From Kudoa neothunni (Eukaryota > Animalia > Cnidaria), in assembly GCA_964304625.1 (NCBI GenBank), contig OZ199839.1, forward strand, positions 511,970 to 575,969: DNA of 64,000 nucleotides. The letters run 5' to 3'. The position numbers and the translations under genes were made by a program. Positions 26,200 through 40,476 of the stretch are shown in pieces. Positions within the stretch are counted from its first letter, which is position 1. Each line of letters begins with the position of its first letter. The notes below the pieces were generated by a model. The model made no database searches. It saw nothing but the letters and a program-made list of their open reading frames with translations, and was not told the DNA's origin.

Positions 26200-27865
26200 A
26201 ATAATGATGGAGATTACACGTATATCCGACTGCGTTCGGATGAAAAAATCTTAAAATTTGAAAGCTATTATTTGGAGTCGAATTTTTTCTCTCCGTGTTG
26301 TTTTATTTTACTATCAAGGAGCGTGAAAAAAGCAATACGAAAAAAATACGCGAGTGGACGTTTTTTAGGTGCCACATCCTGCCCTATTATCCATTCATTC
26401 TACAGTATCTATATCATGCTTAATTTGGATGTATGACGATATCTTTTTTACCGTTTGATATTGTTACATCCATCGTACTCGTTGACAAAAGAATCAACGA
26501 TTCTCCTTGTTACTCGCGTAAGATGTGATCTTGTTCTTTTTAAAGAAAATGAATGTTGTACTTTGTAAACGTCTGTTATTTTACGGAAGAACACAGGCTA
26601 TAAACTCCGTTTATTATAACTTATACCGTCGAAATATGTGAGTCTCCGTTCTGGTAGCTTCGATGCAAATTGTAAGGTAATTCAAAAGTTGCCTGTGACA
26701 ATATTTCTACCCGAATGAAATAGAGGATTCACTAGAGATATCACAATTTTTTCACTAATGTTAGACCGTGGGAAATACCATCTCCATTTTTTTCCAAAGT
26801 ATATGCATATTCCAATAACGTATTCGTCATTGGGACCAACTAATAATAAGAATTCAAGTCATATTTCGCTGACTTTAAGGGCATGTACTGTTTGAAATTG
26901 CAGTTCGCTTTGGAAGCTACAAGCTTCTCATCCACTGTAAAATTCTCATTGGTAGGGAAACACTTATACAATGTAATAACCCATTTATCCCATTAATTCC
27001 GAATATGACAGCATTTCTCCTCAGCCTTTTGCTTTGTTCTTGTACTTATAGAATACAAGTATAATGATCTAGAGAATTGCTTAAATCTCAAACAAATAAA
27101 CTGCAGGCGATATATTCCCTTTCTCCATTGACGCGGAATAACTCAGTTAAAATCACTTCTCTATCTTTGTGAATTGCCCTGAGGAGAATGGGCACCTAAA
27201 TAACCATTAAATTCAACATTGTTGATGTTTGTCCATGTTTCCTAATAATGACATTTTTCAAATCTATTTTTGTATTTTATTATTTATTCGCATTTACTAC
27301 TTATAACAAGTGTTCCAAAACAACTTGTTATTATTTTAACATTCCGCAAACAATAAGCTGTTGATCCAACACCCGAATCCATTATGTTTTAAATAAAGTC
27401 CTAGGTTTAAGATGGTCCATTTAAGCTTCAAGAAATACAATTTGTACCTAATAGAGAGTTAGTAAATTTTCCATTCAAATTTCGTTTAATCTCTCTGAAG
27501 ATTGTAGTTGGCAGTCGAAATTCATCAAAGCAGGAAATTACTGTTGATTTTCTACGATAATTTACATTTTTGATTTTATTATCACGAATTAGAATTATCA
27601 TTAAAAATAATAAATGCATAAAACAACATTGAACTTTTTGTTGGGTGCAGAATTAAGGAAAAATTAATTTAAGGTGAATTTCACCCCGAAATCTTCGGAA
27701 GGTGATATTTAATTTTTACAAACTCCCCTATTCTATTGGTTCAAAACCAAGCCCTGACAAATTTTAGTTAAATCTATAGTCATAAATTTCATATTTTAAA
27801 AAAAGAATATGTGGTTGAATTAAAACTTGTTGGGGTTTGTTTTCATCCTCAAAATCCTTAGACGG
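26200..27865 (-). mobile_element. Degraded piggyBac element (PGBD4-like transposase pseudogene)
   Basis: Terminus CTTAGACGG|TTAA at 27865 and minus-strand transposase traces (TVDEKLVAS, NFKQYMP, TIFH, VTGNF, FDGISYNK, KRPLAYFF). The left boundary is uncertain. Confidence 0.7.
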
Positions 27866-28109
27866 TTAAAAGGCAATTGTTCATCACTTTTATAGAAAAA
27901 TGTGAAAACAAGACGATTTTTTTTATTCCATCTAAATAAAATAATTGAGAAAAAATTTAAGAAATGCCAAGAGTTTGAAATACACGTCGGAATAATTTCT
28001 TTAATCGCTTGAAGCAAATTAAAAAATATTATCCAGTAAGTACTCAATAGCTGTCGACTTTTTATAAGTCACCCATAATGAAAATATTGATAAAAGAATT
28101 AGTTTATTT

Positions 28110-28750
28110 ATGTTGTACTCCTCAATAAATTTGTTAATTGATGTCCTTAGGACATCGTTTAATTTCTCAGACGTTATAAATGGAAATAAAAATTGTATAT
28201 CATGGGTTTTGGATTAGATAAATATCACTTTGGGAACGTTTTAATGTATAGGTATGAAAGTTTATTTGGTATTATAAATGAAGAAATGATTCGTTAAATA
28301 AAAAATTTGGGAAAGACTTTTCCTTCTTTTAGAATTATTCAAACGATGAAATATATTGACCCGAACACTCCAATTTCAATTGAAAAATTAAGTATTGGCG
28401 ATCTTTGTTACTTTTTATAAGGTAAAGGGAAGATTGAATTTTATAAAAAATACGGGTTGTTGTGTAAACTGATAAAAACTTTAAACTTAACGTTGATTAT
28501 TCATTCTAGGGATAAAATATCAAATATTTTCCCTCTTCTGTGAGGTCTTGCGAAGATATATTGATGTTATTAGTTCATTCATTGATGTTGAAAGAATTTT
28601 TTCAAAGTTGCAATGTATATTCGGAATAGAAAGAATAAATCTTTTTGATGAATCCTATACGATGATTTCAACATTCAGTTTTAACAGGTTCATTATCAAT
28701 AAAAATTAAAATTGTGTAATATACACGTTTTTAATTGTTATAAACTTTTT
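28110..28750 (-). mobile_element. Possible decayed LINE (CR1/L2-type) RT 3' fragment
   Basis: Minus-strand IGFIKKI...YIFARPH... resembles the LINE RT C-terminal region; heavily mutated. Confidence 0.3.
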
Positions 28751-29057
28751 TATAAAAAAAGCCGATAAAACCAGAATTTTAGTCTCTTCCTTCAATACAA
28801 TTCGATTAAATTCGAATTCGAGTTTGAATTTTCTACAATTTTTGTCGATAATAACGTTCGATTCACAAAAAATATAGTTTGAAAATACTTGCCACTACTT
28901 ATAATGAAATCGCTCCTTTTTAGAGTTCATATTCATTTTAGTGTGATATAATTCGTGGATTAATTAGAAAAAAGTTTTAAATATATAAATCAACCTGAAT
29001 AATAATACTGAGTGTGTGCATATGAATCCCGTTAATTCAATATAGATATTCGTTTAA

Positions 29058-31150
29058 CCCATTCAGATTTTGCGTGTTTTAAACGACGCGCCACTATTTC
29101 AGCCGTGTAGCATTCAAATTTAATTACATAATAATTAATTTTTCATTAATTCCATTCACTTATTATTTCTATTTCCCAAAAATTAAAATTTTACTTATAT
29201 TTAAATTTTTGAAATGAGATGGTGTGAAGGAAATGCTAACTACCAGTCAGTTATACCAGCAATAAGTATACATAAATTCAGTCAACTTTAATTTAATTTT
29301 CAAATTACTATTGATAATAAGAGTATAAAAAATTATTAAGAGAAGTTTTAAACCTGTAAACTCTTAGAAAAGTACTTATTAGTGGCGTGTCGTAAACGAC
29401 ACACAAAACCCACGAGGATCCCCAATTCCCTACCGTGAGTGTCGAGGGATTTGTGAGACTGAGCGATGCTATCGATCAAATTGATGAATTTTACCCTGAT
29501 GAATGTACCGATATTGTCATTTTATTCCCAGAAAACGTTGACGAAGTCACTGTTGTAGAAGGTAACATCCATGACTTCAATTATGACAACTGCGAAGTTT
29601 TAAATGAGGTTGACAATGCAGACTAAGTCGTGATCCGTAGACCAGATTCCTTACAAAATATGAAGGAATCAACATCAACAAGAATTACTTGGGAGAAAAA
29701 TATCTCAAAAGAAACGATTGCTAGCTATAACAATTGCAAGGGTTTCGTAACGAATGATCTCCATAGAGTTTTAACCATAAACGATATCATTACTTCATTT
29801 TTATTTAGGTTAGGTTCATACGAGACTTTCGGGTGCTTCCTGGATGATAATATAATAACACATGTTGTGCGTCAAACGAATCTCTACGCGCGACAGAACG
29901 GCAACCATAATTTCCATACAAGGGCTGTGGAAATGAAAACATTTATTGGCATACCTATCCTATCTGTAGTATATCACAAGTTACCAAGACAAAAATTGTA
30001 TTGAGAAACTTCGATTGATTCTGGCGTTGAAATCGTGAGAAAAGCAATGCTTCTAAAACGTTTTAAAGAGATAAAAAAATATATTCGTTTTGCCAATAAC
30101 GATGTTTTATGAAATTAGCGACAAATTAAATGTAAATTTTAGAAACTTTTGAATTGTTGATCAAGTTATTCCTATTGACGAACAAATGGTTCCATATTTT
30201 GGTTTACATTCTTCAAAAATGTTTATAAAAAATAAGCCAGTTCGATTTAGCCTTAAAGCTTGGGTAATGGCCAGTTCATGGGGATATATTTACAGTTTCA
30301 AGGTATACCTTGGAAAAGGTGAAATCGTGGATAATTCGCTTGGGCTTGGCGCAAATGTAGTTATGAACTTCGTTGATGAAAATAGTAATTCTTCAGGAAT
30401 TGATATGTACTTTGACATCTTTTTTCCTCGTTCAAACTACTAGAATCACTGAATGACAAAAACCTGCAGGCACAGGTACAATTCGTTCTAGTAGAACTGA
30501 AAAGTGTCCATTTACCCCCTCAAACATTTTTGCTAAAAATAAAAGAGGCCAATATGAAGAATTTAGTGATGGAAACGGAATTGTTTATGTTCACTGGAAT
30601 GATACAAAGCCAGTCACCGTTATTAGCAACCACCTTTCGTGTCAATCATTAACAAAAATTAAGAGGTTTTCGAAAATAGAAAAAAAACAAATTTCTATAT
30701 CCCAGCCGTACATGATTAACACCTATAACAAATACATGGGTGATGTAGACCAGACAGACAATAACGTTGCTAACTATCGCATTTCTATTAGGGGGAAAAT
30801 GACACTGGGCATTATTTACCAATTTAATATCTGTGTGTTGTTAACTCGTGGAGAATTATTGCTACTTATGGCGTAAACTCCATGGATTTAATACAACACA
30901 CACGAGAAATAACCTCATGTCTAATTACATTACGCGAATCTACTTAAGTTGTTAGACGATCATCTTTAGTAAATAAGCCAATAAGAATACACACCCATAT
31001 TCTATTATTACAGATGATTTAACTCGTAAAAAGTTGAGGTGTGCCTTATCTCGACTATATACTATTGTAGTGACTGTTCTACTCGGTTACATCAAAAATA
31101 TTTTTAAATGTTCCATAAAGAAAAAATTAATAATATTTTCCAACGTTAAA
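29058..31150 (+). mobile_element. piggyBac element with frameshifted PGBD2/3-like transposase
   Basis: TTAA|CCCATTCAG terminus with an internal inverted copy at 29380-29410. ORF fragments QTNLYARQ, IDEQMVPYFGLHSSKMFIKNKPVRFSLK, YFD, WNDTKPV and YNKYMGDVDQTD. The right end is approximate. Confidence 0.85.
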
Positions 31151-32759
31151 AATAGGCAATGGCTATTTGCATGGATGGGAATATCTCCTAGAATATTTGA
31201 GATATTAAAAATTTGATTTCACAGTTACAATGGACTGTAAATATCCTATAAAAATTTTTAAGTAATTTTAAATGGAGAATTTGTCTGTTACAGTCATACT
31301 TTAACCATCACTCGTGTACCAAAATCGTACTTTACTTGATTTAGTAAGATTATTAAATGCTTACACACAATATGTTAGTGAATTAAGTTCTATTGTCTGC
31401 AATAAAATTGGTTATTACCGTGTTAGACGTTGCTCACACAAACCATTGGCTGCATGTCTCGCATTGTCTCACGATTTTAATAATTGTCGTAAGTTGAGTG
31501 TTAAGTTTCGGTTGATCTAAATTATATCATAAAATTCATATATTTTATTATTATACGAAATAATTTTATACTCTAAAACATTTGGTTACGTTGAATCTAT
31601 GCGGTGAATTCAAAGCGCGAATCTCGGAGAATACCCTTTTTGAGAACTGTACTATTTAACTCACGTTTAACTTAAATTAAAATACGCCAGATATATCTGT
31701 ATTTATTTCAGGCGCATCTTTCTTTATAACGACTATACAAGATTCGTTTCGCTTGACTCATAACAAATGCATGTATGATATGATGAATCTGAAGATTCGA
31801 ATAAATGGTTATTAAAATAATTAGTTGATGTTGTCCCTTGGCTGAAGACAAAAATATGAACTATAATAACAGATAAATACCAATGCCTAAGAAAGTGCCT
31901 TAAGATGACATTTGAATCTGCTCCCCTTTTGGTATGTAGGTTTCACCTCTATCAAATATTCTAACGCGAAGATAAAATATGAAAATATGGAACCTGAATG
32001 ATTTAAACAACCGTTAAATAATTTTAATGTCTATATTAAGACGGTCCCAACTACAGAACAAGACTGAAAATTCGACGATATTATTTGAGCATGTGTAGTA
32101 AACAACGCTGTAAAACCTAATATGAAAAGGGTAAGCCGTTAAAGTTAAAGGACATTATAGAAAATTCAATTTATTCAAATATTCATGTAAAAAATTAGTT
32201 GGTGATGCAAAAATTCGCATCTACGTATTAGATGGTAATAGTAAAAAAACTGCGATCACTATAAATAATTCCAATCCCGTTAATATCCACACGAAGGAAT
32301 GAGAAACATTTTGTTGAGGACAAAATGGATTGTTTAAAATTGTGTCGTAAGAATATATATTGTGAAGTTAGAGCGGCATGAAAATTTTACATATATTAGT
32401 TAATTATTTATTTTCTTAACACTAGAATTCACAAGCATCAACAACATAAATATTAATGAATATTAATTTAGCTAAAAATCTAAATCGATGATTAAATGAT
32501 TAATTAAATTTCATGTAAAGTTATATGAAAATTTAGACAAAATTACGCCAAACTGGCAAACAATGATTTAGAAAACTTCTTCATTTGGGTGTAATTTTCA
32601 AAATAAACCTAAAAGTATTACATATTGGAAAAATAGGAATGTTAATATCATTCAGTTTGTTTACTATGTATTTAGAGAGCAAAGGTGATAATTCTAATTC
32701 TAGTCATATAAATAATAACTTAGTTATTAGAAATTGTACACGCATACCCAATAATAAAT

Positions 32760-33390
32760 TAAGCATAATTACGGTTAATTGTCTTGGTTTTGTCGAAGAA
32801 AATCCATGAAAAAAATGAGCAACATAGGTTGTAACCTACTGACAAAATTACTGGTCTTGTCCATGGTGTGGTTGTGTAAAGTTGGCTGTACATTTGAGGA
32901 TTTAGTATTGATATTGAAATCGTTTTGATCGATAAACATTGTCTTAGTATGGAATGATCGGAATTATCCAACCACTTGATTCGCATTGGTTGGTTTGCTA
33001 TCATGCACAATTTCGCAACGATGAATCACAGGACTTCCAAATATTAAAACAAGAGTCCTTCGATTGTCAAGGTGACATTTTTATTATAAATTTTTGTAGT
33101 TGGAGTAAAATAAATTCTGTAATTATCAAATTTTCGATATAATGAGAATTTTCAAATACACGCAATAAAGTAAATAATATTGGCTATAATTTTTCGGAGT
33201 AAGAGTATAAATCCACACACGTCGCCATGTATATGATTAAAAATTCTTGTTGCACACTTTTGGGGTTCACAAAAAGGGGAGCATTAGAAGTGACGCGTGC
33301 AATAGCAACACATTGCATACGCACTTGTATAAAAACTTTAGTACTTTTGATTATTAATGCTATTAGTATTATTACGTTTGTTGCATTCAT
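32760..33390 (-). pseudogene. Probable decayed third member of the Cys-rich/PPxY membrane-protein family
   Basis: Signal-like MNATNVIILIALII and frameshifted Cys pieces AMCCYCT and CSPFCEPQKC..GDVCGF. DNA AATCCTCAAATGTACAGCCA resembles paralog A exon 4 (AACCCTCAAAATGTATCCCCA). Stops are present. Confidence 0.4.
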
Positions 33391-34039
33391 AAATTAATAA
33401 CTTTTAGTTCTTTGTTTTGAGCACACTCGATTAACATTTAAATATTACTATGTAACCGATGTGACAGACCCATCGCTCGTGGGCCGCATGTGGTTCTTTA
33501 TAATTTTTTTAATTCGATAAGAGCGTTAATTCGCAATAATTCAAAATATGAATTATTTAATCATATGAAGGAATAAACCCTTTAATCGTAACCCAGATAA
33601 TATTTTTTATAAGAAAACACAGTTACGAACTACTGTATAGTTTTAATATTCTATAAAAGTTAGAATTATTATTAGTTTCATTAGGGAATACGATTGGAAT
33701 TAGTGTTTATCCATTAACAAGTTGATAGATATCGTAAGAATAAAACACGTGTTAAAGCTTTAAAAATGAGAGTAGACTAATGCAATTGGGAATGGTCATA
33801 AACTGGCTCATTAGTAAATCTAGAAATGATCCGACTCATGCGTTACGTCATTTAAATTATTCTACGCGTGTTGCTTCCAAACAGCGCAAATTATTTTCTA
33901 GAATTAGAACTTATCTCTTTCATGTTCTATTTTTTGAGTTCTTAAAAAAATATATATTATTACGGGGATATATATAAGCAAAAATTTAAAATTTTAATTT
34001 GAAAAGATAATTTTATCATATAGAATTTTTAAATTTTGT

Positions 34040-36530
34040 TCATGTGCATTTAAATGTACATTGGGACCAAATGGTAAAAAATAGTTGCAAATAAGTATAA
34101 CATTCGAAGTAACTATTCTAACATTAGATTTAACAAATAATTATTATAAATTGCAAAATTCATAAAAAAAATGTTGACAAATAACCTGAAACAGCATGTC
34201 TCCCATCAAACATTTCCAAATTTGTTTCATTTTCTAAGTAATAATATACAAATCGATTTATATGGTCAATATAATGCAATTCTTTAGTTTTAACTAACTT
34301 TTTTTAACACGTGGTTTCGACTTACCTTATCTCACAAAGATTAGAAGACATAATGACAAAAATTTGCAAAAGAAGAACATAATATAAGAAAACGCACGGA
34401 TTAATTAAATCTAACTACTTTCGTTTCTGTTGAAATACATGGAAACGATTCCTTTCTTGAATTAAACAACAGCTCGCTTTACATTTGAGGCGTTTGATTT
34501 TCGCAATGCTTCAGCAAAGTTTGCATTTATTGTGTGTGGACGTGACTTCGGTGAAATGGCCAACATTGTCGAATTGGATATCGCCAGGAAGTGTGCAAGA
34601 AATCATTTTCCAACTCATTATTTACCGATAAGTATGGTCTCCCGCACATTAACTTTAAGTTTTCTTCCTTTTTAAGAAATATTAAAGATACACATACTGA
34701 ATAGTTAAAAATCAATAACTCTAATATTTCGCTCTCATTTATTTATCGTGATTTACTATTGCTCTTGTATAATATCCAATAGTTCACCATAGCTGTATTT
34801 ATGTCCCATAAAATATTCTCAAGTAATATTTCCTATGTTTATGGTTCAGAAGATACCGAGATCATAACATACCAGATGTATCCATTCCACCCATATTTTT
34901 ATTGTAGTCAGGTACAACATGGGAATATTTAATTTGAACCATATTTTTTCTTCTTACGATCGAATCGATTAATTCATAAAAAAGATGCGTCAAAGATAAG
35001 GTAAAAACCGATCCATCACATCATTGAGTTAAAAAATCTCGTTATTTGAATCTTTTATACATTCATATAATACGTGATCTTTTTTCTTCATCTCATTTTC
35101 AAATAAAAATAAGCATCTTTTAAAATTGCTGGATCTAATGTTCTCAGCGAAATAAATTAAACTTTAGAATCATTTGGATTGGTAAACAAATAAACCAATT
35201 ATCAAAATAAATAAACAAAATATGCAAGATTATTAGAAAGCGTTTCACATAACTTGGCAACATTATCACTGGAAGGTAAACCACAACTTCTTGACATTTT
35301 AACAAGTGCTTCATCATAAAGTAGGAAATTGTAAACCATTCCAGAAACTCTGTATCTAATCAACATTTTAAACCCATCTTTGATAAGTTTTCTAGGCGCG
35401 TATTGCTTTGAACACCACATGCATCTAAGTGTTATCATTTGTTCAGCTACAGATAACTTCCTATCAGGTTGGATCTTTAAGCAAATTTATTTTAAATGAT
35501 TCAACAATGGTCTTATGCTAGAAAACCTGTCAAATTCAGGATTAAATTGTTGAGTGATTATTTCGTCATTGGATTTGAAATGGAGAAATTTTGAAATCAA
35601 CTAAAAGATTCGTCGTGTGAACATTTTGGCAATTGACTCAAACTTCAAACATTTCTGCTAATAACAGCGATATCTAGGCATTCTTACTATACCCATTAAC
35701 ATGAAGACTCCGATATACGTTTCAGTTACATCATTATGAATTTATAAGTATGAACTGGTCTGTCTAGAATAAAGAATGGTTTGTTTAACCATTCAATCTA
35801 TGAAAGATTCATTGATAAATTGGTTGAAATAATGGATCGGATTAAAACGTCCATTTATTTCTTCAAAATAGCACTCTAAGTTCTTAAAATTAGCAATACC
35901 ATCTAAAGTTGGGTTTTCTATATTGAAATTAAATTTTAAGATCAAGTTGTATTTTTCTTCGTCGGTAGCCTCATAATGATTTTAGTGTGGTCATCGGATT
36001 TTTCCAAAGTATCGATGGTTTCGTTTTATGGATATATGTTAGGTTCTAATATATCAGAATCGGTCAAAATGATCATTTCGCGTTTAATTTTTCCACTTTA
36101 CTTTGATGTGTCCAAAATATTGTAATCCACATCTTCAACACGCGTATTCCACGAGATCCCAATGTGCATTTAGATATACAAGCTATAACACTCAAATAAC
36201 TATTTATTTTTAAAACATTTTTCCAAAATATCCTTATATTTATTGTTATTTGTTATGAGTTATTCAAATTAATATCTAAAGTTGGCATTGATAGTTAATA
36301 TTGATCGAGTTTATGTGTGTAATCTTCATTGTTGGAGAATGTTCGATATGTAAATAAAAAATTTAATATTTTCCTAAATTTTCAAGGAAAATTACTTATG
36401 GTTTTAAATACACAAGATAATTAGATATTGCTCATGAGACATTAAAGTTGTGATATGAAACAGTGGTTAAGTAAATTAAGAGCTTGTGTTTTTCTTGTGC
36501 GCATTTAAATTTACATAAGATGCTAAAGGG
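34040..36530 (-). mobile_element. Degraded piggyBac (PGBD3-like) element
   Basis: Minus-strand fragments EQMITL..KQYAPRK..GFKM..SGMVYNFLLY and YN..MGGMDT plus Cys-rich C-terminal traces. TIR-like CTAAAGGG|TCAA at 36530 and repeated GTGCATTTAAATGTACATTGGGA motifs (34043, 36157, 36497). Confidence 0.75.
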
Positions 36531-36989
36531 TCAAATTTTTTAATCTTGTTGCTAAATTATTAAAATTTTTATATTTAAAACTAAAATAAATTTCCACAAA
36601 AATATAATAGAAACTAAAACTATCAATTTAAATTTAAAATTTGGTCACATGTTTATTCTCTCAATATATTTTTAAATTTATAATTAAAACAGAAAACTGC
36701 GAAATTCAACATCATGAACAGGTGCATGAACACGAACTAATTACAGCATCAGATATTATACACTAAAATATCAAATATATAGTTAATTTATAATTTAATT
36801 TATGACTTACTCATATTTTTATCCAAGAAAGGTTCTCTATTCCAACGAATTATTTCTGATAAAGACAAGGAAAAGTCAAAATGTTTAAATATTTTCAATT
36901 GTATTTATTTTATTTACATTAGTTATCTTGTTAATGTAGATTGTTTATTCTTCTTAAATTGATTTATTAGAACATTTTTCCTGTTTAAA

Positions 36990-39222
36990 AATAGATCCAT
37001 TTTGCATTTTTATTTTTGAGACGAAATTCGGAGTTGTCCTTATATGTGGATGTGATAAGAGCTCGTAAATTAGAATGTGATTGGAAGCGTTGTTATGCGT
37101 ATTTAAGGGAAGGTGTTGATCCTCAAAATTTTTCGATAATTTTATAACCTGGAATTACTTCTCCAACATTCTTAATAAACTGCCTTTAAAATATAATGGA
37201 TTTATATAATTTTTGCGTTATAAATGAAATAACTTTACTGGCAACATAATAACGCTTATTATTCAGTCGATATTTAATGATTATGATGAAATATTTTTGT
37301 TAAACTACAAAAATGTTGTATAAAAAAATAACTCTTAAGAATCAAAATCCATACAGATCTCTATTATCAATCAATTTGAACTTATTCCGCTCTAAATCTT
37401 GGTGTGAAATAGAGTAATGAGCGCCATAAATATTAATTATACAAAACTAAAAATTCTCCCATTATTTTTTAATATACCTTCATCATTCGTAATTTAACGC
37501 ACAACAAGAATTGATATCAGATTAACTTTCAATTTATGCATTTATTGATACAAGTTTGCAAAATCCATATGCGGAATCAATATTTTCAATTGGATATTGT
37601 ATATCTATTCCATATAGGAAGGGAAATACAGCAATGTTTGGAGGCATTCATTTTAAGGTGTAAATTTGAGCATATCGAAAAATCTCAATTGTATTTGCGG
37701 TTTATCTATGAAGATTCTTTTAATTATGCGTAAGTTAATTAAGAAAAGTTGTAATAATTTTTTATTTGTTAGAAAACCTGCCTATGAAATAAAAACAATG
37801 ATGGATCACCATTTTCATATCTTTGATGGTTATTACAAAGAACAAAACTATCAAAATCAAGAGTTACTGAATGGACACTCAACTGGATTCTATCATTTTT
37901 TCAATAATACTTACAATAAGCTATCAGAAGTGTCAATCAATTACCATTATATATTTTTAATTTTATTCTAATAAGATTACAATTTGACTTAGGTAAAATC
38001 AGATAGAGTTGTCATTATGGGCTTGACAACTAATAACTTATACGTGGGGTTTCTAACCGAAGGAACCTGACCTATATGATACAAAGTTTATTAGGTATTT
38101 CTCATTTAAAAACCAACAATATGCCGCGTTTTCGAATAATTTCTATTGTGCAACACCTGCTGAATTGAAAAAAATTATTATCTAAATACATAATAAAAGT
38201 ATTCTCTATATTTTGTATTTATTTATCAAATTTCATTTTCTAATAGACAGTTGATGAATCAAAAACTATATGAGGGGAAATATTAAATCACTGTATGAAA
38301 GTCGGCGATCATTCTATGCTCGATGAGTGGGATATTAATTCACACTGCGGCCAAAAAATTCCTCTATCAGCTCCAATCACAATGTCTGGTGTTTACGATT
38401 TTCAATTATGTGCGAGCATTGTACAAAATATCTTATATGATGAAGAGATCTGTAGAACTTCTGAGTATTGCAACTTGCGAACTATCACAAAATCGTTTAT
38501 TCCTACCGAGAATCACCTTCTGGTTGTATTTTACAATGACGGTTACAACAAAAAACTCCATGATTTTTTTAGGTATACAATGAATTCTTTAATTCTGAAA
38601 AAACAACTCCCGACAAGTTTTTGGACATTGTGAAAGAAGAAATTAATAATAGATGTCAGTCAAACGTAAAAACCCCAAATAATGCATCACAAATGTTAAA
38701 TCTAAAGTAATAGTTATTTTCGACAATAGAGATACCAAACTACTGACGTGGACGAGTGTACGCATCTAACATTCATATTTACGATGTTGTATTTCACAAT
38801 CGGGTCCAGTAAAAATACACTTAAAGCAATTCAAGTGTATACCACATTTGATTCCCACGTGAAGAAAATCTGTAACACCTTATTTTAGATCCGATCCCTC
38901 GAAATTGACATTAAATAACATCTATATCTTGGGGTGATTCGAGATTCGGAATAAGAAAATATTACGACATTAAGGTCATTGCACCAACGTAAGTGTTATC
39001 GACATCGATCTTGATTGGTGACTTCAAAAAATAAATTAGGACTGTAATCGAGGAACCTAAAGCACCAAGGAACCAGAAAAACCCAAAAAATCTACCCCAG
39101 AAACAATCGCACTAATAATATTGGCTGTCATAATTTTGATAGCTGGTGTGTTTATTGCCGGTTTTATGCATCCGAAAAAGAAAACTGCGCGCAGTAAAAA
39201 CAAGTACAACATTACGTTCTAA
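36990..39222 (+). pseudogene. Probable decayed gene for a large single-pass membrane/surface protein of unknown family
   Basis: Coding-like exon fragments (37536-37971, 38295-38633) and a terminal segment PEKPKKSTPETIALIILAVIILIAGVFIAGFMHPKKKTARSKNKYNITF*, with in-frame stops and frameshifts upstream. Confidence 0.4.
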
Positions 39223-39749
39223 GTTCAATCGGAGTGCTTATTTCAATTCCACATTTGTTACACAACTAGTTTTATTTCTTGAGTCTTCTGAATTAACTTT
39301 ATCTACTGCGTCTTTCTAACTAATCACAACTTTTTCATGACAATAAATAATTTAGCTTAGCCCTAAATAGCTATCTATTAGGGCGAACGTGACCATTATG
39401 CAGAAACCGATTGGTTCATTTTTAACCGCAGATAACAACAATCTTAAAAACTTTAAATTTTTATTAAATTGACTGAGCACATCTTATGACATAATTTCAG
39501 GTTAAACGTGGGTATATTGGATTCTAATCTTTCATTTTTTAAGTTAATCCTGAGCACATCCAATTTAATAAAATTTTAACGCCAACCCACTTAAACGTTA
39601 GTGTTAGTAATTATACCAAAAATATTAGCCCAATTAAAGCAATTAATTAAATACTAAAATAAACTAAATTGGAGTGGGAGCATGACCTCGCCCGGAGCGT
39701 TGCGACGACAAGCATCTCCGCTACCCTCTAGGAACCTCAGAATAGATTA

Positions 39750-40450
39750 ACACTCGTTCCGAGTAGCCAATTTTCATCTTTAGATGAGTTTGGGGTCGTT
39801 TTTGACCTCGGGAGAGAAATAGTAGTTTTACGAATAAATTACTCCATTAAAAAGACAAACATTAAAATTTGTGAAATATAATCATCTAACTATAATTTTG
39901 GATACAAGTTTCACAAAATATCAATATATGAGGGTTAAACACAGGTTTCATGCGGTTTTAATGGCAAATTGAACATCTTATCCTTTAATTTAAATCTTGT
40001 TTTCGCGAAATTTGAGTCTGGTTGGCTACGTTGTTCACGCCATATTCATTTGAATTTTCTTCACTGATACTAACGTTATATTTTCTTCTTGTTCAGGGGT
40101 GGGCAATTATATTTCTACGGGGTCGGATTTTTATTAAAAAAATATGATTACAAGTCTGAAAGTGAGTATTTTAAAAAAATTTAATACAAAATATAAATTG
40201 ATTTAATGAGTACTGTACACTGCACAGATATGGTGATGAATAAGGCAAACAGCGTTGGGCCAATATGTATAAATAAATACATTTCAACCAAATCTTTATT
40301 TAAAAAACAAGGCTCCCGTTATCAATTTTCGCCTTTCAGTAACCGTTGTGGTTAAAATTAAACATCTTGTGAAGGAATTACATGTTTAATCGTTTAGCAA
40401 TTATTTTTGGAAGTATACTTAAAAAGTGGCCAAATATATTTCGAACTTGA
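39750..40450 (-). mobile_element. piggyBac-like terminal fragment
   Basis: TTAA|CACTCGTTCCGAGTAG terminus with a GGGGTCGTTTTTGACCTC subterminal palindrome. Confidence 0.4.
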
Positions 40451-40476
40451 TTTTCCACAAACAAATTAATAAATTA

